Assembly (NCBI GenBank): GCA_973895155.1
Contig: OZ316896.1
Span: forward strand, 20,776,152-20,840,151
Direction of reading: 5' to 3'
DNA length: 64,000 nt
Source: Marsupella aquatica
Lineage: Eukaryota > Plantae > Marchantiophyta
This document shows, in pieces, positions 13,301 to 27,000 of this stretch. How positions within the stretch are numbered: position 1 is the stretch's first letter; every line of letters starts with the position of its first letter. The translations under genes and the position numbers were made by a program. The notes under the pieces are model-generated. The model ran no database searches and was not told the DNA's origin. It was given only the letters and a program-made list of their open reading frames with translations.

Positions 13301-14610
13301 AGTGAATTACAATGAGGTCTTTTCATCGGTGGCTAAGTATTCCATAATTCGGATCTTGTGTCAACTTGTTGTGTTTTTTGGTCTGGTGATGGATCAGATA
13401 GATGTTGTTACTGCTTTTCTCTATGACAACTTGGAAGAGTTGATCTTCATGAGACAGCCACTAGGCTTTATGAAGATGGCCAAGAGAACTTAGTTTGCAG
13501 ATTGTTCAAGTCCTTGTATGGATTGAAGCAGTCTCCCAAACAATGGAACAAACGGTTTGATAATTTCATGTTTGCTCAAGGTTTTACAAGGATGGTGTAT
13601 GATCCTTGTGTGTATACGAAATCAGTCAAGAATGATGTGTTTGGTTTCATCATTCTGGTTATTTATGTGGATGACATGCTGATTGTGGCTAAAGATCAAT
13701 CTGAGGTTGACAGTCTCAAGGCGAAATTGAGTGCTGAATTCAAGATGAAGGATCTTGGTAAGGCCAAGAGGATCTTAGGGATGGAGATTTTTAGGAACTC
13801 TGAGACTGGACAGTTGTTCTTGAGTCAAGTCCAGTATGCGAGGAAAGTACTTGCACGATTCAACATGGAAAATTGTAAGCCAGTGAGTATTCCTTTAGCT
13901 TCATATTTCAAGTTATCATCGGCTTTCTTTCCTACGGATGCTGTGGAGAAAGGTCTGATGGCTAAGATTCCTTATGAAAGGGCAGTAGGCAGTCTGATGT
14001 ATTTGATGACTTGTACTAGGCCTGACTTAGCCCTAGCGATGGGCAAGGTTAGCTGATTCATGTCAAATCCAGGGAAGGTACATTGGGAAGCTGTGAAATG
14101 GATTCTCAGGTATCTAAAGGGAACACATGATTATGGATTACTATTTGATAACAGATCAAATAGAACATTAGTTGGCTATATAGATTCTGACTATGGAGGG
14201 TGTCTAGATACAAGGAGGTCTACAACTGGGTTTGTATACACTCTTGGAGGAGGATGTATCAGTTGGAAATCTACCTTGCAGAAGCAGAGTATGTTGCAGC
14301 AGCAACAGAAGCAGCAAAGGAAGAAATTTGGTTGGATAAGTTGATCGCGGAGATGGGCTTAGAGCATGGCAAAATGACTATAAACTGTGATAGTCAAAGT
14401 GCTATTCACTTGGCTGCTAACCAGGTGATGGATAGCAGGGTGAAGCACATTGATATCAGGTACCATTTTATCAGGCAAGCAGTGTCTGATAAAACTTTTG
14501 AGCTAGTCAAGATTAATGAAAAGCTCAATCCCGCCAATGCCTTTACCAAAGTGATTCCTTTGGAGAGTTTCTCAAGACATCGTGCTACTTTGCAAGTTTT
14601 GCAGTTGTAG
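10362..14610 (+). pseudogene. Copia gag-pol polyprotein with multiple in-frame stops and frameshifts
   Basis: Gag KFEVEKYNGRTNYLLW; Zn knuckle CWNCGKPAHMKRDC; protease WILDSACTFH; integrase LWHFRLGH..CEHC, VHSDVWGP and LRSDNGGEY; RT YVDDML; RNase H YIDSDYGG and RVKHIDIRYHFIR. Stops end at 11336, 11690, 12284, 12575, 12920 and 14056; frameshifts near 13490 and 14280. Confidence 0.95.
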
Positions 14611-14817
14611 TGCAAGTAGAGTTATTTAGCAATGTGTGATTGTTTGTACATGGATGACTCATTCCTGTTTGGCTACGACTTAGTTCTAGTTAATCCTTAG
14701 TTAACCCTTGTGGTTTTTAGTGGGAGACCTGGTTTGGTGATTGTCTAGAATTTCTCGCTGAGGATTCCATATGGTAGCATTTAGTCCAGTCCCCAAGACA
14801 AGAGTCAAGGGGGAGTT

Positions 14818-15161
14818 TGTTAGATATTGCTCTAGTCTTGTGACTCATGAGCTAACCACAATTAGTCTAACTCGGATTAGGACTTAGCTAATGTTAGCGG
14901 TAGTGCTATTGTGCATATAGCCAAGGCTGATGCCAGACCCTAGTGGAACTTAGGCTCATTGTTACGGAGCTAGTTGAGAGATAGGGAGAGCTTGTGCTGT
15001 GGATGCTTGGTATGGCCGGTTGGCCTAGAGTGCAGTAAAGCTCTTGTGTGTTCCTGTGGACGTAGCCTCATGTGGAGGTGAACCACGTATCTCTCTGTGT
15101 CGACTATTGTGCGTTGGATGGTTCATGGGCTTGCCGTTACGAATGTCATCTATGCTCAACA
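14818..15161 (+). repeat. 3' LTR (344 bp)
   Basis: Preceded by the polypurine tract and followed by TSD GCCCT. Confidence 0.97.
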
Positions 15162-15229
15162 GCCCTTTGGGTCTTGGACCTTGACTCTCCCTCAATACTC
15201 TCTTAAAGACTTTTAATGGAATGAAACAC

Positions 15230-16692
15230 CAATGAGCTGGGGGCCAAAACAACTGGCTCAAAGTAGAACATGTTGGTGCGCAAGTGGACATAGGTTCACA
15301 ATTAGAAGAATGTATTATGTGGTGCCTTTGGTTGAGGAGAGATATTACTTATGGGCATTGTTGACTCAAGGGCCTCACTCCAAGGGAGATCTCATATCAC
15401 CCGCAAAGTTTTCAAGTAATAACCCTAAAACTTAATAAAATAAAATAGATTTTTATTATTTTTTACCCCTAACTTTAGGCATATTCTAATAGTATTCTTA
15501 CATTTGGTATTAAAAAACCACTATAATTCTTATAAATCTCAAAATTGGATTAAAACACCCCTATTTCTTCCATAGGTTTTTTAAGTCTTCCCCACAATTG
15601 AATTAAAAACCTCTAATTTCTTTGCGCAAGATAGGTCAGAAGAAAAGAAGTGAGGACCCTGGGATTGTTGATTGTTGTTACTAGAGCTAAAAGTCTTCAA
15701 GGATCTCCGCACTTTTGAGACTAGAGTGCACCCAACACTCTAGGAGGCAGCCTTTGTGAGTAGATTGTACAAGTATGATATTTAGTGGGACTGGCGTCTC
15801 ATTGAAGTGGCCCTCATGCAAAGTGTCTCACAACTTTTACTTTTTTTCATCACCATCATAGTCTTTGAAAGTCCTATAGAACCTACAATGACTAAGAGGT
15901 CTGCAGCTACCTATGATGAAGTTTTTTGAAGATCTTGCCAACACTGATACACAAGGTTACCTCTTATCCAAATGAGGATTTGTCACAACACATGGTTGAG
16001 TAGAGCTTTTATTGAACAATGGACAATGTGTGGCATAATTATATACATTGCAGTATTGAAGGCGATTTGGAGTTGTCAATTGACAACATTCTTGACTAAT
16101 GGGTCTGGTGGGACGGGAAAGACCTTTGTGGCAAATGTTCTTTTTTGCAGAGTGCATACTGATGGGGATGTAGCATTGGCTATGGCATCCTCTGGGATTG
16201 CAGGTTTGTTGTTATATGGAGGTTGCAAACACATTCAAGTTTTAAGCTTCCACTAAATCTTGATGTTCAGTCACTATGCAGTGTGAAAAACCAAACCAAG
16301 TTTGTTGGATTGTTGCATAGGATGATCTTCATTTCGTGGCATGACTGAAACACTTATGGTTCACAGGCACGTGGAGGTGCTTGGCAGGACATTGTGCAAC
16401 ATAAGAGAGGACAATCAAAGGACCAAAAATGTTATATGCACTGATGTTCTCTACCAAAATGAATAGGGACCTCATCATTTGTATCGTCTTCACTTTTCTA
16501 TTTAGACTGGATTTCTTTTAGTCTATTTGCGCAAATTCATTATTTACTAAACTACATCTCTTGTGCAACAACATCTTTTACATAAGGATCTCTTTTGCAC
16601 CACAGTACCTTTTTATGCTAATCACATCTTTTACACATCAATATCTTTCATGCAAACACCATCTTCTGTGCAAAGCATGGGTATTGACCTAG
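15230..16692 (+). mobile_element. Degenerate Helitron with Rep/PIF1-helicase coding remnants and 3' terminus (5' end not located)
   Basis: TIRRMYYVVPLVEERYYLWALL..VTRAKS.KDLRT resembles the Helitron IGRMYYV..GERYYLRLLL..V.G..SF.DLRT segment. NGSGGTGKTF...ALAMASSGIAGLLLYGG matches PIF1 motifs I/Ia. ACATCTTTT repeats at 16550-16670; ends GTGCAAAGCATGGGTATTGACCTAG|T at 16692. Confidence 0.85.
15365..15663. mobile_element. 299-bp MITE with 15-bp imperfect TIRs and 8-bp TSD (hAT-like) inserted in the Helitron coding remnant
   Basis: TSD ATTGTTGA at 15357-15364 and 15664-15671; TIRs CTCAAGGGCCTCACT / AGTGAGGACCCTGGG (12/15 match). Removing the insert restores the reading LWALLIVVTRAKS. Confidence 0.8.
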
Positions 16693-18085
16693 TCCAATAA
16701 TAAGAGTGGGACTCAAGGGCCTCTAAAGCTTCTAAAATGATTGAGCTAGTCTAATAACAAGAGTGGGACCCAAGGGTTCTAATAAATGAGTTTCCATGAC
16801 AGCTTGTCTGGATCGAGAGAGAGAGAGAGGCCATTGGTGTTTACTACTAGTGACCAACAAGTCGTTTTGCTCTGAAGAGGAAAAGGCCGGAAAACATACT
16901 CCTGCATTGGTTTTCGGCCAATTTGCTCTGAAGTGGGAATTCTGGAGCCGGCTGTGCGTTTCGTACCTTGATGAACGTAGCACGTAGAAATAGGAATCTG
17001 TACGCAAGACATTTGTTTGGAACGGAAGGCGAAGCAGCAGCAGAAGAAGAAGAAGAAGAAGAAGAAGAAGAAGAGCGAGGAAGCTTGTTTTCCCGTTCGT
17101 TTTGAAAAAGACACGCTCGTTTTCCCGTTTGTTGTGGAAAAGACACACGACACAGCATTCGGCTTCTCTTGGGAGGCTTTGGAACGGAAGGCGAAGCAGA
17201 GGAAGAGCGAGGAAGCTTTTTTTTTTTCCGTTTGTTCGTGAAGAAAACACTCAACACAGCATTCGGCTTCTCTTCGGGGGCTCCCGCAAAGTATGTAATA
17301 CTGCAGTAGCCAACGAGATTTGCTTTGAACTGAAGGGCTGAGCAAAAAGCAGGGGCGTAGTAGCAGAGCGGAGGCGTAGGCGTCGTCTGCTGCGTCTGAT
17401 CATCTATTGTCGCCGAATTTTTAGGTGTTCATAAAGAAGACTGAGAGCTCTCCCCGCTTCTCTGGGAGGGCCTGCTGATGCTCCACCGTACTGTGCAGAC
17501 TTTGAAGTAGGGAATCTGCAGTCAGGCAGTTCATTTTGATACGGAAGGCCAACCAGAGTTGCAGAGCAGATATCTGCTGCTGCGTCTGATCATCTTTTGT
17601 TGCAGAATTTTCAGGTGCATGTTATAATACGTCGTGCATTCATTCGTTCGTTCGTCTCATCTCATCACGCCGAACGTCGTCTCCGTGTCATCAATGGGGA
17701 AAGAGAAGTAGGAAGTGCAAGACTGAATCCGATGATTTCTTAATTATTTTTGAAATTTTTTGTTGTGTCAAAGAGTCTTTTATGTCTTTCTGTTCGGGTA
17801 CGATTGATGGATGTGTAAGTGTGGGAGTGGAATCGTTGAGTTGTCGTCATTGGTGTGAGAATTTGGCTGATGCCGAAAATCTGGCGCTTGATGAACCTGA
17901 TCGCCAGGGTGAGAGGCGGGCGGGCTGGCAGGAAGTTCTCAAAGGGTGTCGGTATAGAGTCCCCTGCGTCGGAGGATAAATCGGAGAGTTCGTTTGAAAA
18001 TGATTTGATGTGCGAGAGAGCCATTTTGCGTGATCAATTTTGAAGAGGACGAGCCGGAAGGCAGGCAGCATCAACACTCGCCGAA

Positions 18086-21000
18086 ATGGCGAGTCTGACA
18101 GTAGGTCTCATTCTTGAAAAGGTATGTACCAACCGCGCACGCTGCTGTCGTGGTTTGCTTGTAATCTGCCGCCGCAAGTTATGCCGAGGAGCAACGATTT
18201 TGTTGAATTGAAAGTGAAATTGGCATAGCCGCGTTTCAGGTCGCCGTCGATTGGTTTAGCATTATTAAGCAGTGGTGAAGTAACCTCCTCAAGGTTCACA
18301 TTCCCCGGGTCTTCTTGAATTCGGTGGTCAAATCAATTTTAGGTTGATCATTTTCGTGAGTTTGAATCCATGGCGTGCAGATCGCCTCGAAGGACAAGGA
18401 CTTCAGGTACATGGCGACTTCGGATCTCTTGAATGAGCTGCAGAAGGATACATTCAAAGCAGATGGAGATACTGAACGGAAGGTGTCGCAAATAGTCCTT
18501 CAGCAGCTGGATGATGCCTCTGGGGACATATCCGGTCTCGCCGTCAAATGGTGAGCCCTCTTGTACTCCTACGATTACATTAGGTTACTCGGTCGGATAA
18601 AGTTCTCTCTCTGACCGGAGTGATTCTGTTAACATGTGAATCTCGGTTTGCTGGCTTTTGGTGAACTTCTATGCATTTCAGCCACTTCCATGTGAACTTC
18701 TGTGTACACCTACTTTCTCGGAAAGAAAGGGAAACTTTGTGTCAGGAAAATCCTTTGTGATCTAGTATTGCACCGAAACATTAAATTTATTTAAAAGCTT
18801 TTCATATCAACGAGCCATACGCGCAATATGGAATCGGCTCCATATACGAATGCCAGTGTTTTGTCCTGCTCTGGTCAAATTAAGGTTTTGAGCTTGAAAT
18901 TTGCAGTTGTTGGCATTGGATTTGTACGTTTAGGCATCCGACTCTGTTAATAGTTTCTCAAAATTCTTCTCAACTTCTATTTAGTTTGCTTCTTAACTGC
19001 CACACACTGAGAAGCCATAAAGAAGGTTACTGAGTTCTGTTTATGATCGCAGCTTAGCACCGTTGGTGAAGAAAGTGAACGAAAACAGGGTAGTGGACAT
19101 CGCAGAGACTTTGTGCACTCGGTTGTTGACTGGAAAAGAACAACAGCGGGATATTGCAAGTATTGCACTGAAGACAGTCGTGGCTGAAATTTCTAGTGGG
19201 GCCTGTGCCCAAGCCCTTGTGCAATCCCTTACTCCAAGGCTGATCAAAGGCGTCACGTCTAATGTTAGTCCTTTGTGAATTCAAATTGTACAATTCTTTG
19301 TCATGGAGTGCCCAATGTTTCGGCGCGTTAATCACCGTAGTTTCGCCCATACATTCTGCACTAAACAGAAAAAACATTATCCAATGAAAGAAATGCGCGA
19401 CCTCTATCTTGTAACTAAGTATTGTAATGCCTGCCACGTTGGTGGGAAAAAGAACTGAATTTTAAGCTGGCTTTCCATACCAGGACACCAGCACAGAAGT
19501 GAAAAGCGAATGTCTTGATATTCTCTGCGATGTCCTCCACCGATTTGGTGGGCTGATGGTCGACGACCACGAGCTACTGCTTAGCGCGTTGCTGATGCAA
19601 CTCAATCTACAGCGAGCTGGTTTGAGAAAGAGAGCTATCCAGTGCCTGGGTAGGTCTTGCGCAAATATAATGCAGAAAAATGACTTGTTTGCAGTCTCCT
19701 CCACCTCAGGAGTGCATAGTATTTGACTTGGTTTTAGTCCTTGTCATTTAACTTACGCAATGGATTCAGTATTTGTTGGTCTATAAAGCAGGAAAGTTTG
19801 AACAGATTGTCCTTCCTTGCAGCAACTTTGGCATCTAGTATGTCTGATGATCTGCTGGCCAGAGCGACTGTTAGTGTTGTCCAACTCTTGAAGAATAAAG
19901 ATGTGAAAGCAGATATGACTCGTACAAACATCCAGATGATCGGAGCCTTCTGGTGGGTATCTAATTTCGATCTCCAAATGAATTTTGCAAGTTTTATTCT
20001 CATTTGCTGTTTGGATATAACTTTTTTATGTGTGCATACCCTGAGTCAAAATGCTCAGGTAGAGAGAATTGCATTGAGTCAAAGTACAGGAGATACTCTC
20101 GTTTGTGTTAAACTAGAACTGTCACTCGCGCAATATCTGCACCCTGGAACGAATCTCGTCGCAAATGTAGTGCTTACGCTTGTGCTGAGGCCCAATAGCA
20201 CAATGGACATGATTTCAGATTCAGACCTTAAAAGTGTAAAGATCATACGAAAAACTATTAAGATTAGATTTTTCAATCAGTGGAAAGAACACTGGCGTGA
20301 TCGACTTTAGCTACTTAAGTATGTTCTGAGGTGGCCGACAAGGTGCATAAGCACTGATAGGCACCTCACATAGTCGTGAGGCAATTTTATGTTCTGCTCC
20401 ATTGATGGCAGATCAATTGAAGAAGCCTCGGAAATTTGTGCAAGTGGCCCATTTCAAGTGTTCCACTCGTATGCTTTTTGTGAGATCAATCTCGTCTAGC
20501 AACACGAGCAATCTAATCTTTCTGGTTAATTTGGTTCAGTCGTGCAGTCGGATATCGATTTGGACCTCACTTGAACGAGGTAGTTCCGCTTCTTATCAAT
20601 TATTGCGAAAATGCCTCGGAAAATGACGACGAATTACGAGAAAATAGTCTGCAGGTAACCTCCATCAGTCTTGTGTATGCTTTATGCATCTGAAGGATGG
20701 AAAATTTCGATGGTCGTAACGTTTGAAAACTAGAGACGAAGGACAGTTTCTTGAGTTCATGGGACGAACTGGTTTCCTGGTGACCACAGTAAACTCATGA
20801 TAGTCGTCTGCTGCCCTGGCAGGCTCTAGAAAGCTTTGTGCTACGGTGCCCTCGCAATGTCTCCGAGCACACAGAGACAATTTTGGACCTTGCTTTGGAA
20901 TATCTCAGCTATGATCCCAACTTCACGGATGATATGGATGAAGATCTTGATGACGAGATGGATGGCGAGGAAGAAGAAGACGAGTAAGCAGTAGCTTTCA

Positions 21001-24000
21001 GAGAAACTTGTAGTTATGCATAGCAGTTTCCAAATTGGTCAAAACTTGTTCTATAGAACTTACCTATAATATACGAAAGTTCTGCAAGGTGGAAATTTTG
21101 TCTAACTACTTGATGTTCGTCTCTTCGCCTGTAGAGAGAGCGCAGATGAATATAGCGACGATGAGGATGTCAGCTGGAAGGTCCGGAGAGCTGCTGCAAA
21201 GACTCTGTCAGCAATTATATCTTCTCGCCCCGAGCTTCTAGGCACTCTTTATAACAAGGTAAAGGATTTTCCTAGCATCGTACTTTATATTAGAACCAAC
21301 AAGTATGTTACCTAATTGTAGGGCGCCACCAGGCCAGGTTTCCTACTTCATGTCTCTTGAGATTGCTTTTGGAATCAGGTGTCATCGATTCCGACTACAA
21401 GAGTCATACAGCTTGTGGCCTTGGCAATAACTCGAATTTTTAATGAGAAGGTCCCGTTCGTACCTCTTGGAGCAAAGGACAACCTATTGCTCACTCTACC
21501 TGGAACGCAAGAAGAAGCCTATCTAAGTGAGCTGCCGTGTGAATGCAGGCGAGCCCAAAATTGATCGAACGGTTCAGGGAAAGAGAAGAAAATGTCAAGG
21601 TAGCTGTTCGGAAATCTTTTGTGCTTGGCTGCCACTTTTTGTTCGATTGGTTAATAAAGCTATTAGTCTACCTCGTTATTGCATCTGAGCTTTGATGGCA
21701 TTTGATGGCATTCCAGATCCTTGCAATACAAGGAATGCATTTGCTCTGGATAGGATAGTTCGGTAAAGCCGCCTTTACCTCAAAGTCATTTTGAGAAGAA
21801 TTGTGGGTATCTTGTTCTGCAATATTGATAAAACACTATATTCTTGAGCGCAGATCGATGTCTTCAATGCCTTCATTGACTTACTTCGACAAACTGGGAG
21901 TGTGACCAAGGGAACTGTGGAAATAAGGGTTGGAAGGTATTAAAGATGCCACTTTTCCTAACAGCAACTTTCCAGAAGTCAATTCCGTAGCATACCTTAG
22001 TGAACCAAATGGGGATTGTAGATCCTGAACAGTATGCGTAATAGTTTCCGTTTCGCCGGGGAAAATCTTTATGTGGATTGATTTTGTCCAGGGAGATGTG
22101 CTTGGATTTTTGGATAAGGTTGATCTTATGTGTTTTAGGGGGTTTAGAATGATCGTCGACTAAGCCAAGTCTCAGTGGAATGCAGTCGACTAGGGGTTTT
22201 TTAAAGTTGTGATAATAACTTAATAAAACCAACATAGGTTTTGCTTTGATGCTTCCCAGATCTCGACTAATGGCAAATATCACAAATATTGGTGATTTCC
22301 TACAAAAAAGGGATTTCAAACGGAGGATCAGATATTAGTTTGATGATTAGTTTCGCGACATATCCTGAAGATTTGTTGGGAAAAGGAATTTTCGGAAAAG
22401 ACTAACAGTGAAGGAGCTCTGATCGAATTGAAGGGACAATTGGTGTACTAATCAAGGGATCTCTTGCCCTTTCTCGATTGCATCTTTGACCGTTTGGCAC
22501 TGAATTGAAACCTGTTGGTTCCAGTCCCTTGTACATGCTACAGCAGGAGGTGCCCAAGGTTGTGAAGTCTCTTAACAAGCAGCTGCGCGAAAGGTCCGTG
22601 AAGACAAAGGTTAGTACTCTTTACCTTTCAAGACGAAGGAGACAGATTTGTGCGGATGACTTCTTTAAGTATGGCTGTGCGACTGGGCCTTCTTTTCGCT
22701 AGCTCTGATACTGATTTCCCAAGTGCAGGTTGGTGCATTTTCGGTGTTGAAGGAATTAGTGATTGTGCTACCGAACTGCTTGTCGGACCATATCACATCA
22801 TTGGTTCCTGGAATCGAAAAAGCCCTCAATGTAAGCACCTTGATTGACTTTTTTACAGCAGAATCAGTATCTCATTGATGTGACACTGCATTTTGTAAAC
22901 TGCTATTTGTATTGAATATTTGCTTTCGTGAACACAGGACAAGTCCTCAAATTCAAATTTGAAGATTGAGGCGTTGGTCTTCCTGAGACTCGTATTGGCT
23001 TCACATTCACCCACAGTTTTCCATCCACACATCAAGGTAAATTGTGGAGGAGGTACCTCGGGAATTACCTTCGGAAATCAATGCTGTCTGCATGGTCTTC
23101 TTGCGGTTAGATGCAGCACAAGAGTAGCTTGTTCCTCGAGTTCAGAGAAAATTCTCGTCCCTTGTGTTTGGTGATGACGTGCTTAATCCTTGAATCGAAG
23201 GGTGATAAAGTATGGAGTCCTCCCAGCAATGGAAATCCTTTGTTTATGACTTCAGCTGAGTAATATTGTGTCAGTCATCATCTCTGACGGCCTGCAGGCA
23301 TTATCAGCTCCTGTTCTTACTGCTGTGGGTGAACGCTACTATAAGGTCACAGCAGAAGCTCTTCGAGTTTGTGGAGAGCTTGTGAAGGCAATACGGCCTT
23401 CCTTGGAAACAGTAAGGCATTCGTTTTCCTTTATAACTCGCTTTGTTGTCCTTCCTGCAATATAGCCACTCGCGCATTTCCTGTCTGGATACTGGGAATG
23501 GCTTCCACTAAATCGACGGTTCCGTGTTTAGCAGACGGCGGATTTCAATTTTGTTCCATATGTTCGTCCATTATACGCTGCGATTTTCAAGCGGCTCACA
23601 GCTCAGGATCAAGATCAGGTGCCTCATTCTCGTGCGAAATCAGATTCGTGCCACCCAGCAGTTTAAGGGCTTCTTACGTCAGTGTTGGTTACTATCTGTT
23701 TGAAAGATACGCAAAGGTTGTCACTGTCAATATATTTACGAGGCATGCTCATATGTCACCACATAAAATTGTATCTGTCCACCAAGGTATCGGTGTCTCG
23801 TGTCGTTGTGTTTTGAGGATTCCCAAGTAATTTCATCAATCTGCGTTTGGACAACCTGGAGACTGAAGTATTTCGGCTGTGTCATGCCAGGAAGTCAAGG
23901 AATGTGCAATTTCTTGCATGGGCTTGGTCATCTCCATACTTGGAGATCAACTCAAGAATGAACTCGGCACATGCCTGCCTCTTCTTTTGGAAAGATTGCG

Positions 24001-27000
24001 GAACGAGATAACTCGCCTCACAGCTGTTAAGGTGACAGATTGCCACAAATGCTCATGTGCCAAAAGCAAATTAGTATAATACTGCTATTTTAAATGGTAT
24101 TGGTTTTGAGCAGAGTTATCTCTGGAGCCCTATTCATATAATTGAAAACGCCCATTTATCAATTACCATGTGCACTGTCTTGATTGTGAAGGCATTTGCA
24201 ACTATAGCGGAATCTTCAAAATGTTCATGTGCCAAAAGGAAATCAGTATAATACTGTTTAGTTTAATAGTATTGCGTTTGAGCAGATATTTCTTTGGAGC
24301 CTTATGCAATTGATTGGAGATGCCCATTTATCAATTACCAATGTGCGTTGTCTTGATTGTGAAGGCATTTGCAACGATAGCGGAATCTCCTTTGAAGATA
24401 GATTTGTCATCTGTCTTGGAGCAAGTTGTAACTGAACTCACAACTTTCTTGCGAAAGGTAAGTTTTGTTTTATTCGTTACAATATAGCTAAGGAGTTCCA
24501 CTCTCGAGCTAAATCGTACGAAATTATGACAAGCTGAATTTGACGAAATTATTTCAGTTGTTACCGAGACCCTGACGAGCTACACACGGGAGATCGCGCT
24601 GCAAGAATTATGATCTGAAAATTACGTCTAGCTTCAGAGCGTTGCCTGCAAGTGTTAACAGAAAAGTCGTGTTTGGTTTTTATGTGTTTTTTCAGGCGAA
24701 TCGGGCTTTGCGACAGGCCTCTCTGGGAACCCTGAATGCCCTTCTGACTGCCTACAGCAATAAGATCAGTCCGAGCAGTTATGAGCTGATCATTGTTGAG
24801 CTTTCCACCCTCATCAGGTGAGGAACTTCTTTTGATGAACTTAAGTTCTGGTTTGAATTTAACGAATTCGGTTACTCTCGATGCATTCCACGCCGAATAT
24901 GTCTTCCGTTACTTGTTGTCTTAACCTCTACTGCCTGGAAAACTCTGATGTTGATGTACTAGATTCCTGGATTCTTCATGAGTCGTGCTTCATTGGTTGC
25001 AATTACTGAGACTCGTAAGATGTTAGTTATGGATGCACGCTGTCTTTATGTATCACAGGTACTGGAAACGTCACCTCTTGACACGCTTTGTGATTTTACG
25101 TATTTTGCTTGGTCGGACTAAGGAGATTAGATATTTCGTTTGCAATCTCAGTGATGCAGACCTTCACATGACTGCGTTAGCCTTGGAGCTCTGCTGCACT
25201 ATGATGTTGGATAAGCAACACCATGCAGCTGCTGGGGCTGCTGTCGGAGGAAAAGTCCTGCCTCAAGCTCTCATTCTGGTTAAGAGTCCATTGTTACAAG
25301 GTCAAGCTTTGCAGGTATGCGCAACTCCAGTCGTGATCTTATTTTTGCGCTGAAGTTGGAGTAACCAGAGGTGAAACTAAGAGTTTTTTTTTCTGCGAAC
25401 AGACACTACAGGGTTTCTTTGCCGCATTGGTTCAGTCCCAAAATACGGGCTTTGATACTTTGCTGGAGGCCTTACTCTCAACCGCTAGAACGTCAGGATC
25501 AGCTGGTGGTCCCGCAAGCAAGCAGTCATACCACTCGATTGCTCAATGTGCGGGAGTGCTATGTCTTGCTGCAGGAGACGCCAAGTGTTCATCTACTGTA
25601 GCCAGACTGATTAGTTCCTTGCAGTCAAGCACTTCAAATGATTCGGTAAGAGTATTGCATTGTGTATCTTGTGTTCATTCGTCTTGCTGGTCACTTTGAT
25701 ACAATCTGTGGCATCCGTTTGAACATGTGATTGTTATTTTTCCTGTATTGCAGACTACCCTTTTATCATTGCTCTGCTTAGGGGAGATTGGTAGGAGGAA
25801 GGATTTGAGTATGCACTTGAACATACAAAACGTCATCGTTAGCTCGTTCCAGTCTCCTTCTGAGGAGATCAAGGGGGCTGCATCATATGCACTCGGCAAC
25901 ATTGCCGTTGGTAATCTTGCACAGTACCTTCCATTCATCCTCAGCCAAATCGACAGTCAACCGAAACTTCAATATCTGTTGCTACATTCCTTGAAAGAGG
26001 TACCAGTCTTCTCGCCTCAAGGTGGCAATATTCAAAGTCGAAATATAACATTTCTATGCCTTGTAAAAAATACGAAGAATTGCCTATGGTTGCTTAGGGT
26101 GTGGATGAAGTCTCACGTTGAAGATACCTCGATATTGTTTTTGCAAGACTGAAAATATGAGTTGAATGTGACAGGTGATAGCACGGCAGTCTCTTGACGA
26201 AGTGGGGAAAGTTGAGTTCCAAGCCACCGACGTGGAGAAAATTTTATCTCTACTATTTACTCACTGTCAGAGTGAAGAAGAAGGGGTTCGTAACGTTGTA
26301 GCAGAGTGCCTCGGGAAGTTGGCTCTGATTGAGCCCGAACAGCTGGTTCCGGCTTTGAAGGTGCGCACACAGACGTGTCGAAGAATACGCCCTTTATTTC
26401 GATAGGGACTTTTTGAGCCCCTACGCCAATGTGGTTGCACTCTGGTTGAAGTCACTTCAAAACTTACTTTGTGCAAGCATTTTCTGATATGCTTACCAGT
26501 ATGCTAACAAGTAGCTAGGGTTCCAGAATCAATTATTCACAGCTAAAACTCCGAATTCTGTGCTACGTATTTTGGGCACATATGCCTCTTGTCAGCTACA
26601 TTTTACATCCTTTAGGGCCTAGATTTTAACTCAGTTCTGTTGCGTTATATGTCAGGAGCGTACCTCTGTTCCTTCTGCCTTCACAAGGGCAACCGTAGTT
26701 ATTGCAATTAAGTATACAATTGTTGAGAGGCCACAACCCATCGATGCCTTCGTGAAGCCCTGCATCGATTCTTTTCTAATGCTGATCAAGGACGAGGACA
26801 GGGTTTGTAACCGTCTCCAATTCTTCAGTCATATTTTGTTTATGAATAACTTTGGCTCGCTTGCTGATCATGCATGCCCTGCTGCATGCTTGTTCATTAC
26901 GATGGAGGAATCCCCCATCAGCATCGGGTTGGTTGCTATGGGTGTGAACTTAGGCACTCTGTCTTATGGACTGGTTCCACTCATTAATGCACCGGACGTC

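Larger units (their letters stand above)
8371..15161 (+). mobile_element. Full-length Ty1/copia LTR retrotransposon (Tnt1/Tork-like), disabled
   Basis: TG..CA LTRs at 8371-8717 and 14818-15161; 5-bp TSD GCCCT at 8366-8370 and 15162-15166; PBS TGGTATCAGAGC at 8720; PPT AAGGGGGAG at 14807; domain order gag-PR-INT-RT-RH. Confidence 0.97.

Noticed and set aside
16732-17345. Overlapping ORFs with poly-L/F/S/K tracts
   Set aside because: Produced by a (GAA)n microsatellite and short duplications in the CAND1 upstream region.
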